Shown in pieces: positions 62,900 through 64,000 of a stretch of DNA of 64,000 bases. The position numbers were made by a program, and so were the translations under genes. The stretch is from Mytilus edulis (lineage: Eukaryota), in contig NC_092352.1 in assembly GCF_963676685.1 (NCBI RefSeq), forward strand, positions 13,330,001 to 13,394,000. Reading direction: 5' to 3'. Numbering within the stretch: position 1 is the first letter of the stretch; every line of letters begins with the position of its first letter. The notes below the pieces were generated by a model. The model did no database searches. It worked only from the letters and a program-made list of their open reading frames with translations, and was not told the origin of the DNA.

Positions 62900-63655
62900 T
62901 TTTTTGACGAGCCTGTGACTCTTGTCGCAGAAAGCTTGACATAGGGATAGTGATCCGGCAGTGGCGGCAGCAGCGTTAGCTAACTTCTTTAAAGCTTTAT
63001 ATTTTAGAAGGTGGAAGACCTGGATGCTTCATACTTTGTATATGGATGCCTCATGTTATGAAGTTTTTGTCAATCACATGTCCAATGTCCTTGACCTCAT
63101 TTTCATAGTTCATTTTAAATTATATCTTATTATAAGTAATAGGATAAAATATTTGGTATGTGCGTACCTTTGCAAGGTCCTCATGCCCGTCAGACAGTTT
63201 TTACTTGACCTGGACCTCATTTCATGGATCAGTGAACAAGGTTAAGTTTTGGTGGTCAAGTCCATATCTCAAATACTATAAGCAATATGTCTTGTATATT
63301 CAGTGTATGGAAGGTGTCATCTGACCTTGACTTCATTTTCATGGTTCAGTGGTTATAGTTAAATGTGTGTGTTTTGGTCTGTTTTTCTTTGTGCTGTATG
63401 TAACAGGTCTACTATATTTAGTGTATGTAATGATTGTAAGGTGTACATGTCTAGCTGGCAGGTGGCAGGTGGCATCTGACCTTGACTTCATTTTCATAGT
63501 CATAGTCATAGTCATTGGTCAATGTTAAGTTTTCTTGGTTAATGTTTAGTTTATGTGACAGTTGTAATAAAGATTTTTATTTAGTACGTATACTATCAAC
63601 ATAATATTAATGATTAGTAAAGAAGGCGAGACATTTCAGCTTGTACACTCTTGTT
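62900..63655. mobile_element. HINE/Helentron-like element, copy 2 of the 53610-54793 family
   Basis: Same 5' hairpin, GACATAGGGATAGTGATCCGGC and 3' AGGCGAGACATTTC...CACTCTTGTT, with fewer internal repeats. Confidence 0.8.
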
Positions 63656-64000
63656 TTATGGTTGTATAATTTCCATTGACAAATATTTCAGGTATATTCA
63701 GGTTTTCAGAGAATAGACACTATACATATAGCAATCAGCAGCATGTGAAATATAGTGATGGGGGGCTACTAGGAGAAGGGTTCAATAAATCTGACAACTC
63801 CTGCTCAAGATGGGTGTACTGGATAAGATCAGCTCAGAAACTGTGTGTCATCAATATTATTTACACTTTAGTTGATGAACACTGTATTTCCTAAATATAT
63901 GGACACAAAGCTACCCAACTTACACAGACCTTTTGATAAATGTTTTGTTTAGTCAGAAAGAAAGAATCAACACAAAATCTCATTCTTCGGAAATAAACAA

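Overview
AT-rich, intron-rich eukaryotic DNA. The repeat landscape resembles a bivalve mollusc, probably Mytilus (inference). I assembled four host genes by hand from splice sites. (1) On the minus strand, 15 exons encode about 15 ankyrin repeats, TRPA1-like, and run off the left edge (489-10954). (2) NDUFB10 (complex I PDSW subunit; 4 exons, minus strand, 23747-34971) is almost invisible in the ORF track. (3) RPL3 (8 exons, 403 aa, plus strand, 35449-42335) lies head-to-head with NDUFB10 across about 480 bp. (4) A two-exon EF-hand/WD40 gene of the WDY/WDR49 type (46760-51538). The most interesting system is the NDUFB10-RPL3 unit. It has a shared divergent promoter, mirroring the vertebrate RPL3L-NDUFB10 arrangement, and two intronic U83/SNORD83-type C/D snoRNAs. 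It also has a strong alternative 3' splice site in intron 3 that creates an immediate stop and adds a three-hairpin RNA segment (candidate autoregulatory AS-NMD switch), plus an unexplained GC-rich island in intron 4. Other items: a triplicated terminal splice acceptor in NDUFB10, a minimal hammerhead ribozyme, a 52-bp satellite inside a MITE, a deleted piggyBac with a nested hAT element, a CR1/L2 fragment and many nested MITEs with 3-8 bp target-site duplications (TSDs).
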